From the NCBI RefSeq assembly GCF_963921235.1, contig NC_086098.1:7874001-7938000 (forward strand): a stretch of 64,000 bases of DNA, given 5' to 3'. The stretch comes from Mobula hypostoma. Lineage: Eukaryota. Below are positions 34,531 through 47,404 of the stretch, in pieces. Below the pieces are notes generated by a model that was not told the origin of the DNA, did no database searches, and was given only the letters and a program-made list of their open reading frames with translations. The position numbers and the translations under genes were made by a program. The first letter of the stretch is position 1, and the number at the start of each line of letters is the position of its first letter.

Positions 34531-34632
34531 ATATTTCTTCTTTTCTTCTTTTCAACATGAATAGAGGTGAATATTTCTTCTTTTCACCATGAAAAGAGGT
34601 GAATATTTCTTCTTTTCACCATGGAAAGAGGT
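34531..34632. repeat. 32-bp tandem repeat, about 3 copies
   Basis: Unit ATATTTCTTCTTTTCACCATGAAAAGAGGTGA at 34571-34602 with variants on each side. Confidence 0.85.
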
Positions 34633-35257
34633 CAAAGCGTTCTCCCAAACCGTGACACCTCACCTTCTGGAGAGAAAATGAGCTGAGATATTTTATGCCC
34701 CAGTTCACTGTCACAAAAATAAATTACTCTAACATTGAAAACAGTGATTCATTTAAATGCCATTATTTCAATGCAAATGATCATTGTTATTCTAATTGCT
34801 GACACTTGGCTTTGAAGCAATAAGGAAGTGGCATATGCAAGCACGGAAGAAATGAAGAGTATTCCCCTCAGCATACATTACATCACATCTTTAGTTTATT
34901 AATAGGATAAGTGCATTCACGTGTGAGCAAGACTGAGATGAATTAAATTAGGCTGTGAATTAATTCAAATTGTCCCAATTTGTTTTTTTTTGTTTCCTGT
35001 GATGTTGCATCTCTTCTTTCCTTAGTTCAGATCACACACGTAATTTGAAGTGATGGATATGATTTCCCACCTGAGGTAAAGCAAGTGGAGCAGAACGAGT
35101 TGCAATGTCAGACACAGAGTAAACTGGTCCCCAGTCCACTGAGTCTGCACTGATATATGGCTCACATTTACATTAATCCTGTGTCAATTACATTGTATTC
35201 TCACCGGAGTTCCATCAACCCTCCCCAGACTTCACTTTGGACAATGTGCGCTCAATA

Positions 35258-35969
35258 TACACTGAGTGTATGTTCGTGCCATAGCCCGTCCACTTCAGGG
35301 TTCGATGTGCTGTGCATTCTGAGATGCTCTCCTGCACACCACTGTTGTAACGCGTGGTTATTTGAGTTATTGTCACCTTCCTGTCAGCTTGAACCAGTCT
35401 GGCCATTTCCCTTCATCTCTCTCATTAACAAGATGTTTTGCCCACAGAATTGCTGCTCACTGGATTTTTTTTTTGTTTTCCACCAATCTCTGTAAACTCT
35501 TATGTTGTGTGCGAAAATCAAAGTTCAAAGATTCAAAGTGCAGTTATCAAAATATGTATGCAGTATACAACCCTGAAGTTGGTCTCCCCTCAGGCAGCCA
35601 TGAAAGAAAGAACCACCATGTAACCTGTTCAAGGAAAATATCAAACACCCAATACACACACAAAAAAAAACAAATCATGCAAACAGCAAAAAAAGAGTGA
35701 ATAACACACAGAATATTAAACATCAAACTTTGAAGCAGTCTAGGAATGTTCAGTTCAATTTAGTGTTGTATTTATGAGATATCAGGCCACCCTGTCTAGC
35801 ACCAACCATCAACTCACTGCCAAAGTTACTTAGGTCACATTTCATCCCCGTCTGGTGTGAACAACAACAAAACCTCTTGACCATGTCTGCATGCTTTTAT
35901 GCAATGAGTTGCTGGTTAGATGTTTACATTGATGAGCAGGTGTACCTAATAAAGTGGCCACTGAGTGTA
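35258..35969 (-). mobile_element. Tc1-derived element interrupted by a Rex1-tail-type insert (about 35516-35790)
   Basis: Ends GTGTACCTAATAAAGTGGCCACTGAGTGTA; ORF 35215..35406 MARLVQADRKVTITQITTRYNSG resembles the Tc1 HTH region. Confidence 0.75.
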
Positions 35970-35974
35970 CAATA

Positions 35975-36250
35975 GCCAATTAAGCTGCTAACCAGCATCC
36001 CTTCAGGACAGGGCAGGAAAGCAGAGCACTCAGAGGAAATCCATATTGTCACAGGAAGAGTGTGCAAACTCCACACAGGATTCTTAGCAGCGTGGAGGAA
36101 AAGAGGGATCTTGGCATCCATGCCCATAGATCCTCAAAGTCACTGAGTTGATAGGGTGATTAAGCAGGCATATGGTGTGTTGGCCTTTATCAGTTGTGGG
36201 AATTGAATTCAAGAGCTGTGAGGTGATATTGCAGCTCTATAACTTGGAGT
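35975..36250. mobile_element. V-SINE fragment (minus) followed by a CR1 fragment (plus)
   Basis: GTGTGCAAACTCCACACAG at about 36060-36078; GAGGAAAAGAGGGATCTTGG..GCAGCTCTATAA at 36095-36242. Confidence 0.6.
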
Positions 36251-36260
36251 TATATAACCT

Positions 36261-36340
36261 GGTTCTGATAAAGGCTCTGGGCCTGAAACATCAACTCTTA
36301 ATTCCTTTTCATAGATGCTACCTCACCTGCTGAGTTCCCC
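36261..36340 (+). mobile_element. PLE terminal fragment with hammerhead-like motif
   Basis: GGTT-CTGATAA-AGG-CTCTGGG-CCT-GAAA-CATC-AACT followed by ATAGATGCT..CCTGCTGAGTTCC. Confidence 0.65.
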
Positions 36341-36435
36341 CACTTGCATAGGCTGCACTGGCAACTTCGATGGGAGAAATGGGCATTTATTTCAATGGAT
36401 AATTGTGTAATTTAAAGTTTGTCCTGTATCCAGTG

Positions 36436-36870
36436 TTTCAAAGTTCAAAGTACATTTATTATCAAAGTATGTATGCAATGCACCACCTTGAGATTCGTCT
36501 CCTTATAATGGCCACAAAACGGAGAAACCCAACAGAACCCACTAAAGAAAGACCATCAAACACACAATGTACAGAAAAAAAACAAATTGTGCAAACAATA
36601 AAAGTAAGCAAATGACATTCAGAACTGAAGTTCACGGAAGCGATTTCACAGCTATGAAGCTAGTTTGTCACTGCAGCTGATTCAGTAGCCTGTTAGTTGC
36701 AGGCCATAGTCTCAGTTCAACGCAGAGACTGGTAAACCTCGTGGAGCAGCGAGCTGAACTGGCCCCTCCCTCACCTTCAGCCCCAACACCCTGACCTTTG
36801 CAATCTTGCCCGGTGTTTAAATCATCCAAACCTTTGTTCGTTTCCCACTCTCATACCTGGGCCCTGTTGC
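36436..36870 (-). mobile_element. Non-coding retroposed element with Rex1-like tail
   Basis: Plus strand TTCAAAGTTCAAAGTACATTTATTATCAAAGTATGTATGC is the reverse complement of the shared tail. Confidence 0.6.
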
Positions 36871-37083
36871 TTCGATTGCAAGATTCCAAACAGCTTTATT
36901 CAGATCCGGATAGTTATAAAAGAAACGGATGGAGCTATTGGCTGGGAAGAAGACTCTGTTAATGATAATGAAGGGAGGGATTACACAAGCATGAGGTGAA
37001 CTGATGTTTGAGATAGGAATGGAGAAGGAGACCAAAAGAGGTGAAGGGATTTCTTGTGTTTTCTGGTTGATAGAAATGTGAAC

Positions 37084-37318
37084 TGTTAAGTTCTGTAACT
37101 TCAAAACATTAAATAAATTCAAAGGAAGGCATGAGAGTCTGAAATGCAGGTCTAACTTCGTGTTTACTTTAAGTGAGGAGCGCACGTGTCGTGGTAGCGT
37201 GATGACTTATGCAATTCATGTATTTATACCTATAACCTGTAATTAATTATTTAAATGAACAGGAATGCTTTATCAACCAAGATTTCTCAAATATTATTGA
37301 AATATTAAATACACAACA
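37084..37318 (-). mobile_element. Probable solo LTR (235 bp)
   Basis: TG..CA ends; flanks TGAAC / TGAAG; second copy at 2075-2946. Confidence 0.55.
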
Positions 37319-37551
37319 TGAAGAACTTGTGAAAATTACTCCCTGTAATGACCATGGCCCAGAGACTGTCAGAAAAACTGCTGCATGAAAACAATAGAAA
37401 AATAAATAAACCTCTGAGATGTAATGAAAAGCAGTGAATGTAGCTGACTAACAATAAAACTATAAGGGCTGATTCAGGGGAAGTGGTGATGATATAACTC
37501 CCGCATGAATGGACAAAATAATACTTCAAAAATCTTTCTTTATACAATCAA

Positions 37552-37820
37552 AGAGTCATAGAAAAGTACAGCACAGAAACAGGCCCTTCGGCCCATCTAG
37601 TCCACGCTGAATCATTTAAATTGCCTCCTCCCTTCGAATTGCACCAGGAGCATAGGCTCCATGTGTCCATGCAAACTTCTCTTCAACGTTGAATTCAAGC
37701 TCGCACACAGCACTTGCTCTGAGGGTTCATTCCACACACTCACCAGCCTCAGAGTGTAGTGTCCTCCCATGTTCCCCTTAAATTGTTCACATTTCACCCT
37801 TAACCCATGACTTCTAGTCT
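37552..37820 (-). mobile_element. CR1 3' fragment
   Basis: GTACAGCACAGAAACAGGCCCTTCGGCCCA tail; ORF 37612..37797. Confidence 0.75.
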
Positions 37821-38269
37821 TTAAAGTCTGAACAAGCCTATTTAAACAACAACACCCATCGGTATTTCCTATTTGAAATCCACATGGTTTGTTTCACATT
37901 CAGATATTCTTAATCCTTTGATTGTTGTCTGGAATAATGGTCTTTTCCAGTTGAGATACTCAGACTGTGGTGGTTTGGAAACAGTAATGACAACCTGGCC
38001 TTGCCTAGAATGACAGCTCACACCTGCTCTTTGGACTGACCTCAGAGGACTGAGCATTAATGCCGATTGATTGTCACCTCAGTCTTTATGATAGCTTGAG
38101 TACGTTATCTGTTATGGAGGGATTGTAAAAGCACTGTCAGTGGGCTGGTACTGGTTTTGTGGTGAGCCCTCTAATCTGTGCTGCCTTAGCACTGCTGTAA
38201 CATTTTCCCTGACAAGCAATGCTAACCCCTCCCCCCACCACCTTTCATTCCTCTGCCTTTATCACATCT

Positions 38270-38985
38270 GAAACATCGGAACCCTGGAATATTAAACTGC
38301 CAGCCCTGCCCCTCCTGCAGACAAGTTTCACTAATTGCTATAACGTCATAATTCCATGTGTCAATCCATTAATGTGCTGTCCCATTAAAAATAGGAAAAT
38401 GCATTTGAAGTCTTTCCAGACTATGGGAATTGGAATTGGATTTGGAATTGATTCATGAATGTCATACAGTACCTGTCCAGGAGTCTCTTAAAAGACCCTA
38501 TCATATCCGCCTCCACCACCGTCACTGGCAGCCCATTCCACACACTCACCACTCTCTATGTAAAAAACTTAACCCTGACATCTCCTCTGTACCTGCTTCA
38601 AAGCACCTTAAAACTGTGCCCTCTCGTATTTGTCATTTCAGCCCTGGGAAACAGCCTCTGACTATCCACATGATCAATGACTCTCATTATCTTGTACACC
38701 TCTATCAGGTCACCTCTCATCCTCCATCACTCCAAGGAGAAAAGGCCAAGTTCATTCAACTTATTCTCATAAGACATGCTCCTCAATCCAGGCAACATCC
38801 TTGTAAATCTCCTGTGCTACCCTTTCTATAGTTTCTACGTCCTTCCTGTAGTGAGGTGACCAGTACTGAGCACAGTACTCCAAGTGGGGTCTGACCAGGG
38901 TCCTATATAGCTGTAACATTACCTCTCTGCTCTTGAACTCATCCCACGGTTGATGAAGGCCAGTACACTGTCTGCCTTCTTAATA
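38270..38985 (-). mobile_element. CR1 fragments (EN N-terminus at about 38270-38410; ORF2 C-terminus at about 38460-38985)
   Basis: Minus strand WIDTWNYDVIAISET..IPGFR; RPHLEYCAQYWSPHYRKD region. Confidence 0.75.
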
Positions 38986-39340
38986 TGCAAGGAGAAAGTG
39001 CAGACAAAGTTTAATCTGACCAAATGTGAACTGTTGCAGTTTGGGAGATCAATTGTAAAGGGCACATACATAGTTAATTGCAGGGTCTTAACAGCACTGA
39101 TCTGTAAAGCAACAGTATCTTGGGCTCCAAGTAACTAACTCCCTGAAAGTCTCTGCAGAATCATGTTGAAGTTGTAAAAGACACTAGTAAGTCTTAATTT
39201 GGAGTATTGTGTGCAGATTTGGTTACCTACAGGAAAGATGCAAATAAGGTTGAAAGAGTAGATGGAGAGATTAAATAGGTTAGGACTGTATTCTTTTGAA
39301 AGTAGAAAATAGAGAGGAAATTTGATAGAGGTATACAAAA

Positions 39341-41681
39341 GAAGAATAGGGATGGCAAAAGACACCTTTATGAGAATGAACAGTATACTGACCAATACTA
39401 ACATAGAACATAGAACATAGAACATAGAATAGTACAGCACAGTACAGGCCCTTCGGCCCACAATGCTGTGCCGACCTTCAAACCCTGCCTCCCATATAAG
39501 CCCCCACCTTAAATTCCTCCATATACCTGTCTAGTAGTCTCTTAACCTTCACTAGTGTATCTGCCTCCACTACTGACTCAGGCAGTGCATTCCACGCACC
39601 AACCACTCTCTGAGTAAAAAACCTTCCTCTAATATCCCCCTTGAACTTCCCACCCCTTACCTTAAAACCATGTCCTCTTGTACTAAGCAGTGGTGCCCTG
39701 GGGAAGAGGCGCTGGCTATCCACTCTATCTATTCCTCTTATTATCTTGTACACCTCTATCATGTCTCCTCTCATCCTCCTTCTCTCCAAAGAGTAAAGCC
39801 CTAGCTCCCCTAATCTCTGATCATAATGCATACTTTCTAAACCAGGCAGCATCCTGGTAAATCTCCTCTGTACCCTTTCCAATGCTTCCACATCCTTCCT
39901 ATAGTGAGGTGACCAGAAGTGGACACAGTACTCCAAGTGTGGCCTAATGAGAGTTTTATAGAGCTGCATCATTACATCGCGACTCTTAAACTCTATCCCT
40001 TGACTTATGAAAGCTAACACCTCATAAGCTTTCTTAACTACCCTATCCACCTGTGAGGCAACTTTCAGGGATCTGTGGACGCATACCCCGAGATCCCTCT
40101 CCTCCTCCACACTACCAAGTATCCTGCCATTTACTTTGTACTCTGCCTTGGAGTTTGTCCTTCCAAAGTGTACCACCACACACTTCTCAGGGTTGAACTC
40201 CATCTGCCACTTCTCAGCCCACTTCTGCATCCTATCAATGTCTCTCTGCAATCTTTGACAATCCTCTACACTATCTACAACACCACCAACCTTTGTGTCG
40301 TCTGCAAACTTGCCAACCCACCCTTCTACCCCCACATCCAGGTCGTTAATGAAAATCACAAAAAGTAGAGGTCCCAGAACAGATCCTTGTGGGACACCAC
40401 TAGTCACAATCCTCCAATCGGAATGTACTCCCTCCACCACCACCCTCTGCCTTCTGCAGGCAAGTCAATTCTGAATCCACCTGGCCAAACGTCCCTGGAT
40501 CCCATGCCTTCTAACTTTCTGAATAAGCCTACCGTGTGGAACCTTGTCAAATGCCTTACTAAAATCTATATAGATCACATCCACTGCACTACCATCATTT
40601 ATATGCCTGGTCACCTCCTCAAAGAACTCTATCAGGCTTGTTAGACACGATCTGTCCTTCACAAAGCCATGCTGACTGTCCCTGATCAGACCATGATTCT
40701 CTAAATGCCTATAGATCCTATCTCTAAGAATCTTTTCCAACAGTTCTCCCACCGCAGACATAAGGCTCACTGGTCTGTAATTACCCGGACTATCCCTACT
40801 ACCTTTTTTGAACAAGGGGACAACATTCGTCTCCCTCCAATCCTCTGGTACCATTCCTGTGGACAAAGAGGACATAAACATCCTAGCCAGAGGCTCAGCA
40901 ATCTCTTCTCTCACCTCGTGGAGCAGCCTGGGGAATATTCCGTCAGGTCCCGGGGACTTATCTGTCTTAATGTATTTTAACAGCTCCAACACCTCCTCTC
41001 CCTTAATATCAACATGCTCCAGAACATCAACCTCACTCATATTGTCCTCACCATCATCAAGTTCCCTCTCATTGGTGAATACCGAAGAGAAGTATTCATT
41101 GAGGACCTCGCTCACTTCCACAGCCTCCAGGCACATCTTCCCACCTTTATCTCTAATCGGTCCTACCTTCACTCCTGACATCCTTTTTTTCTTCACATAA
41201 TTGAATAAACTAGGCATGACAACCTGCTTCAGAGTACTGAAATGCTTCGTTTATCCAGTTATGTTATATGGCTCAGAATGTTGGACAATATCTAATAACA
41301 TGAGGAAATGAATTGTAGCAGCAGAGATGTAGTTTTTGTGGAGGATGCAAAGAATATCATGGACAAAATGAATATCTAACGAGGATGTCATGAACAGAGC
41401 AAACACAGAAAGAGAAATAATGTATGAGATCATGAGAAGGCAACATAGCTTCATTGGGCATGTGATTAGGAAAGAGGAGTTAGAATGCACGGTAATTATG
41501 GGAAAGATTGAAGGGAAGAAAGCAAGAGGAAGACAAAGACAAATGATGATGGAGACAGCAGCCAGAGAACTGGAAATGAATACCAATGAATTGATGACTT
41601 GACCTGAAACAGGAGTGTGTGGGCCATGGCAGTCAAAGCTCAAACTGGGCATGGCACCTGATGATGATAATGATGATGATG
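39341..41681 (+). mobile_element. RTE 3' fragment, same family as 29848-33017, split by a CR1
   Basis: RRIGMAKDTFMRMNSILTNT (39341-39401) resumes as KLGMTT.. at 41206; (TGA)n tail; TSD ATACAAAA (39333-39340, 41682-41689). Confidence 0.88.
39402..41205 (-). mobile_element. Young CR1 subfamily A, 5'-truncated
   Basis: ORFs 40465..41217 and 39478..40443 are separated by a single stop; (CTATGTT)n tail. Confidence 0.95.
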
Positions 41682-42159
41682 ATACAAAATTATGAGAGGT
41701 ATAAAAAGGGTAAATGCAAGCCGGCATTTTTCATTGAGGTTGGGTGGAAGTATAACTGGAGGTCAGAGGTTAAGGGTGAAAGGTGAGATGTTTAAAGGAA
41801 ACCTGAGGGGAAACTTCTTCACTCAGAGAGTCATAAGAGTGTGGAATGAGCTGCCAGCACAAGTGGTGCATGTGAGCTTGACTGCAACATTTAAGAGTGT
41901 ATAGGTACAAGGATGCAAAATGTATGAAGGGCTATGTTCCTAGTTCAGGTCGATCAGAGTAGGCAGTTTAAATGGTCTGGTACAAACTCTATGGGTAAAA
42001 GGGCACTTCCTGTGCTGTACTAATCTACAACTCTATGACTTGAATTGGTTATGACAGTAAAAAAGCAATATGACAGGCTTGCCTTTATTATTTGAGTCAC
42101 TGAGTTCAAGAGTTGGGAAGTTATGTTGCAGATTTATAAACTTCAAGTTAGACCGCAAA

Positions 42160-44430
42160 ACACAGGCATGATGTTGTAGGCATCACTGAATCAAGGCTGA
42201 AAGAAGATTATAGCAGAGAGCATAATATTCAAGGATACACATTGTACCAAAGGACAAACAGGCAGGAAGAGGGAGAGATGTGGCTCTGTTGGTAAAAAAT
42301 GAAATTAAGTCATTAAAAAGAGGTGTCATAGGTTCAGATGATATTGAATCATTGTGGAAAGAGCTAAGAAAATGTAAGTGTAAAAAGACCCGACCGGAGC
42401 CAAGGCGGTTGAAGTTTCTGGGAATAGTTCACGAGATGCAAGATAGTTATGTCCCACAGAACAAGAAGTTCTCAAATGGCAGGGGTAGGCAAACACAGCT
42501 GACAGGGAAGTTAAGGACCTCATAAAAACCAAAGAAAGGGCATATAAGGTAGGAAAAGTGAGTGGGAAGTTGGATGGTTGGGAAGCTTTTAAAATCCAAC
42601 AAAAGGCAACCAAAAAAGCTATAAGGAGGGCAAAGATCAAATATAAGGTCAAACTAACCAATAATAAGTTTTTTTCCAGTAATGCAATGAGTAAAAGGGA
42701 GGTAGGAGTTAATATAGGACCACTGGAAAATGATACTGGTGAGGTAGTAATAGGGGATAAAGAAATGGCAGATTAAATTAATGAGTACTTTGCATTTGTC
42801 TTCACTGTGGAAAACACTTGCAATGTGTCAGAGGTCCGTGAATGTCAGTGAGCAGAAACAAGTGCCATTGCTATTATAAAGGATAAAATGCTAGGCAATC
42901 TGGAAAGGTGGATAAGTCACCTGGACCAGGTGAACTACATCCCAGAGTTCTGAGAGAGGTTGCTGAAGAGATAACGTATGCATTGGTCATGATCTTTCAA
43001 GAATCACTTGATTCTGTTATAGTTTTGGAAGATTAAAAATGTCACTCCACTCTTTAAGAAAGGAGGAAGGCAAAAGAAAGGAAATTATAGGCCAGTTAGT
43101 TCAACCTCAGTGGTTGGGAAAGTGTTAAGGATGAGGTTTCAGGGTACTTGGAGACTAAGTGATAAAATAAGTCAAAGTCAGCATGGTTTCTGTAAAGAGA
43201 TATCTTGCCTGACAAATCTGTTAGAGTTCTTCGAGGAAGTAGCAAGGAGAGGCAGTAGGTGTCATTTACCTGAATTTTCAGAAGGCATTTTATAAGGTGC
43301 CATACTTGAGGCTGCTTAATAAGATAAAATCCTGTGACATTTTAGGAAAGACACTGGCATGGATAGAGGAATGGCTGACAGGCAGGAGGTAGCAAGTGGG
43401 AATAAAAGGGGCCTTTTCTGGTTGGCTGCCAGTGACTAGTGCTGTTCCTCAGGGGTCAGTATTGGAACTGCTAATTTTCACATTGCTTGTCAGTGATTTA
43501 GATAATGGAATTAATGGCCTTGTGGTAAAATTTGTGGATGATACGAAAATAGGTGGAGGAGTTGGTGGTGCTGAGGAAGCATTGTGATTGCAGCAGGAAT
43601 TAGACAAATTGGAAGAATGGGCAAAAAAGTGGCAGATGGAATACAATGTTGGGAAATGTATGATAATGCATTTTGGTAAAAGGAACAATAGTGTGGACTA
43701 TTATCTAAATAGGTAGAGAATTCAAACATCAGAGGTACAGAGGGACTTCAGAGTCCTCACGTAAGACACCCACGAGGTTAATTTACAGGTTGAGTCTGTG
43801 GTAAAGAAGGCAAATGCAATGTTGGCATTTATTTCAAGGGGAATCGAATGTAAAAGCAAGGAGATAATCCTGAGCCTTTATAAGACACTAATCAGGCCGC
43901 ACTTGGAGTATTGTCAACAGTTTTGGGCTCCATATCTCAGAAATGCTGTGTTGTCATTGCAGAAAATCCAAGGGATGTTCACAATGGTGATTCCTGGAAT
44001 GAAGGGGTTAACATATGAGGAGCGTTTGGCAGCTTTGGGCCTGTGCTCATTGGAATTTAGATGAGTAGGGCGGGAATTTCATTGAAACCTACTGAATGTT
44101 GCAAGGACTAGATAAGGAGGATGTGGAGAGAATGCTTCCAATGGTGGAGGTATCCAGAACTAGAGGCGACCTTTTAGAACAGAGGTAGGGAGGAATTTTT
44201 TTAGCCAGAGAGAAGTGAATCTGTGGAATGCTCTGCCACAGATTGTAGTGGAGGCCAAGTCATGGGTATATTTAAAGTGGAAGTTGATAGTTTCCTGATT
44301 GGTCAGAGAATCAAAGGTTATGGCGAGAAGGTAGATGTATGGGGTAGAGTGGGATCTGGGATCAGCCATGATGGAATGGCGGAGCAGACTCAATTGGCCG
44401 AATGGCCTAATTCTGTTCTTCAGTCTTGTC
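42160..44430 (+). mobile_element. Degraded CR1 ORF2 with internal deletions
   Basis: ORF fragments 42280, 42558, 43110 (SQHGFCKEISCLTNLLEFFEE), 43396 (VPQGSVL..FVDDTK) and 43798. Confidence 0.85.
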
Positions 44431-44449
44431 TTAGTCTAAGTTGTTGTCT

Positions 44450-46727
44450 TACGGACAAAGAACTGGCAGATGGAATACAGTGTCGGGAAATGTATGGTTA
44501 TGCACTTTGTTAGAAAAAATAAAAGCCAGTGCATTTTCTAAATGGAGAACCAATTAACGTATCTGATTTGCAATGGGACTTGGGAGTCCTTGTGCAGGAT
44601 TCCCTAAAGGATTAATTTGTAAATTAATGGTACCGGAGGATTGGAGGGAGGTGAATGTTGTTCCCTTGTTCAAAAAAGGTAGTAGGGATAGTCCGGGTAA
44701 TTATAGACCAGTGAGCCTTACGTCTGTGGTGGGAAAGCTGTTGGAAAAGATTCTTAGAGATAGGACCTATAGGCATTTAGAGAATCATGGTCTGATCAGG
44801 GACAGTCAGCATGGCTTTGTGAAGGGCAGATCGTGTCTAACAAGCCTGATAGAGTTCTTTGAGGAGGTGACCAGGCATATAGATGAGTGTAGTGCAGTGG
44901 ATGTGATCTATATAGATTTTAGTAAGGCATTTGGCAAGGTTCCACATGGTAGGCTTATTCAGAAAGTCAGAAGGCATGGGATCCAGGGAAGTTTGGCCAG
45001 GTGGATTCAGAATTGGCTTGCCTGCAGAAGGCAGAGGGTGGTGGTGGAGGGAGTACATTCAGATTGGAGGATTGTGACTAGTGGTGTCCCACAAGGATCT
45101 GTTCTGGGACCTCTACTTTTTGTGATTTTTATTAACGACCTGGATGTGGGGGTAGAAGGGTGGGTTGGCAAGTTTGCAGACGACACAAAGGTTGGTGGTG
45201 TTGTAGATAGTGTAGAGGATTGTCAAAGATTGCAGAGAGACATTGATAGGATGCGGAAGTGGGCTGAGAAGTGGCAGATGGAGTTCAACCCTGAGAAGTG
45301 TGTGGTGGTACACTTTGGAAGGACAAACTCCAAGGCAGAGTACAAAGTAAATGGCAGGATATTTGGTAGTGTGGAGGAGCAGAGGGATCTCAGGGTACAT
45401 GTCCACACATCCCTGAAAGTTTCCTCACAGGTTGCCTCACAGGGTAGTTAAGAAAGCTTATGAGGTGTTAGCTTTCATAAGTCGAGGGATAGAATTTAAG
45501 AGTCGCGATGTAATGATGCAGCTCTATAAAACTCTGGTTAGGCCACACTTGGAGTACTGTGTCCAGTTCTGGTCACCTCACTATAGGAAGGATGTGGAAG
45601 CATTGGAAAGGGTACAGAGATTTACCAGGATGCTGCTTGGTTTAGAAAGTATGCATTATGATCAGAGATTAAGGGAGCTAGGGCTTTACTGTTTGGAGAG
45701 AAGGAGGATGAGAGGAGACATGATAGAGGTGTACAAGATAATAAAAGGAATAGATAGAGTGGATAGCCAGCGCCTCTTCCCCAAGGCACCACTGCTCAAT
45801 ACAAGAGGACATGGCTTCAATGTAAGGGGTGGGAAGTTCAAGGGGGATATTAGAGGAAGGTTTTTTACTCAGAGAGTGGTTGGTGCGTGGAATGCACTGC
45901 CTGAGTCAGTGGTGGAGGCAGATACACTAGTGAAGTTTAAGAGACTACTAGACAGGTATATGGAGGAATCTAAGGTGGGGGCTTATATGGGAGGCAGGGT
46001 TTGAGGGTCGGCACAACATTGTGGGCCGAAGGGCCTGTACTGTGCTGTACTATTCTATGTCTAAGTTCAGGCACTGGTCACTAAGGCAAATGTGCTGTTG
46101 GCATTCATTTCAAGAGGACTGGAATACAAAAGCAAGGGTGTTACGTTGAGGCTTTATAAAACACTGGTGAAGCCTCACTTGGAGCATTGTGAGCAATTTT
46201 GGGCCTCTTATCTGAGAAGGGATGTGCTGAAATGGAAAGGATTCAAAGGAGGTTCGCAAAAATGGTTCCAGGATTGATTAGTATATCATAGGAAGAGCAT
46301 TGATGGCTCTGGACCTGTATTCACTAGAATTCAGATGAATGAGGGGTGACCTAATTGACACCTATTGAACATTGAAAGGCATTAAGTGGATGTGGAAAGG
46401 ATGTTTCCTATGGTAGGAGAGTCTAAGACCAGAGGACACAACCTCAGAACTGAGGGGCATCCTTTTAGATTGGAGATGAGGAGGAATTTCTTTAGCCAGA
46501 GGGTGGGGAATCTGTGGAATTCATTGCTACAGGCGACTGTGAAGGCCAAGTCTTTAAATATATTTAAATCAGAAGTTGATAGACTCTTGATTGGTCAGAG
46601 CATAAAAGGATACAGGGAGAAGGCAGGAGATTGGGGCTGAGAGGGAAAATAAATGAGCCATAGTGAAATGGTGGAGAAGACTCGATGGGCCAAATTGCCT
46701 AATTCTGCTCCTCTACCTTATGGTCTT
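44450..46727 (+). mobile_element. Older CR1 3' part (44450-44625 and 46061-46727) split by a young CR1
   Basis: ORFs 46092..46277 and 46386..46640; tail CTAATTCTGCTCC..TTATGGTCTTA. Confidence 0.8.
44626..46060 (+). mobile_element. Young CR1 subfamily A, 5'-truncated
   Basis: ORFs 44573..45451 and 45432..46004; near-identical to the reverse complement of 39425-40853. Confidence 0.95.
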
Positions 46728-47404
46728 ACCTGGAGTATTGCATTCAAACCTGGTCATCCTGTTATTGGAAAGAGGTGGAGGCCTTGGAGAAGGTACAGAG
46801 GAGGTTTACCAGGATGCTGCCTGGATTAGAGGCCATGTGTTATAACGAGACAAATTTGGGTTGTTTTCTCTGGAGGAGTGGAGGCTGAGAAGTTACTAAG
46901 GTAATGAGAGGTGTAGATAGATCAAGCAGCTAGCATCTTTTTTCTCAGGGTTGAAATGTCAAATACTAAAGGGCTTGCACTTATGTGAGAGGGAGTAAGT
47001 TCAAAGATGTGCATTGGCAGCTGATTTTTTACACAGAGTGTGGTAGGTTCCTCGTATGAACTACCTTGGGTGGGAGTGCAGACAAATACAACAGAGGGAT
47101 TCTGGTGACTCTTCGACAGGCCACACTCTCTTCTCACTGCTGCCATCGGCAAGGAGGTACAGGAGCCTTGGGGCCACATCACCAGGTTCAGGAACAGTTC
47201 TTACCCTACAACCACTCGGTTCCTGAACCGGCGTGGATAACTTCACTCACCTCAATACTGAACTGATTCCACAACCTGTGAGCTCACTTCCAAAGACTCT
47301 GCAATTCATGTCTCCACTGTTGTTTATATATTTATTTACTTACTGTATTTCCTCAGTCTCTCTTCTTTTTTGGGTTTTTGCTTTTCAGTCTTTGTGTGCA
47401 GTTT

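Larger units (their letters stand above)
38990..42040 (+). mobile_element. Old CR1 3' part (38990-39340 and 41682-42040) hosting an RTE insertion
   Basis: GAGGTATACAAAA breaks at 39340 and resumes as ATACAAAATTATGAGAGGT at 41682; ORF 41692..41904. Confidence 0.75.

Noticed and set aside
34531..34632. CRISPR-like 32-bp palindromic repeats
   Set aside because: The units are contiguous with no spacers, there are no cas genes, and the context is eukaryotic.
9803..46004. RT ORFs as retrons, group II introns or other prokaryotic RT systems
   Set aside because: Motifs, microsatellite tails, 5' truncation and TSDs are those of eukaryotic non-LTR retrotransposons.
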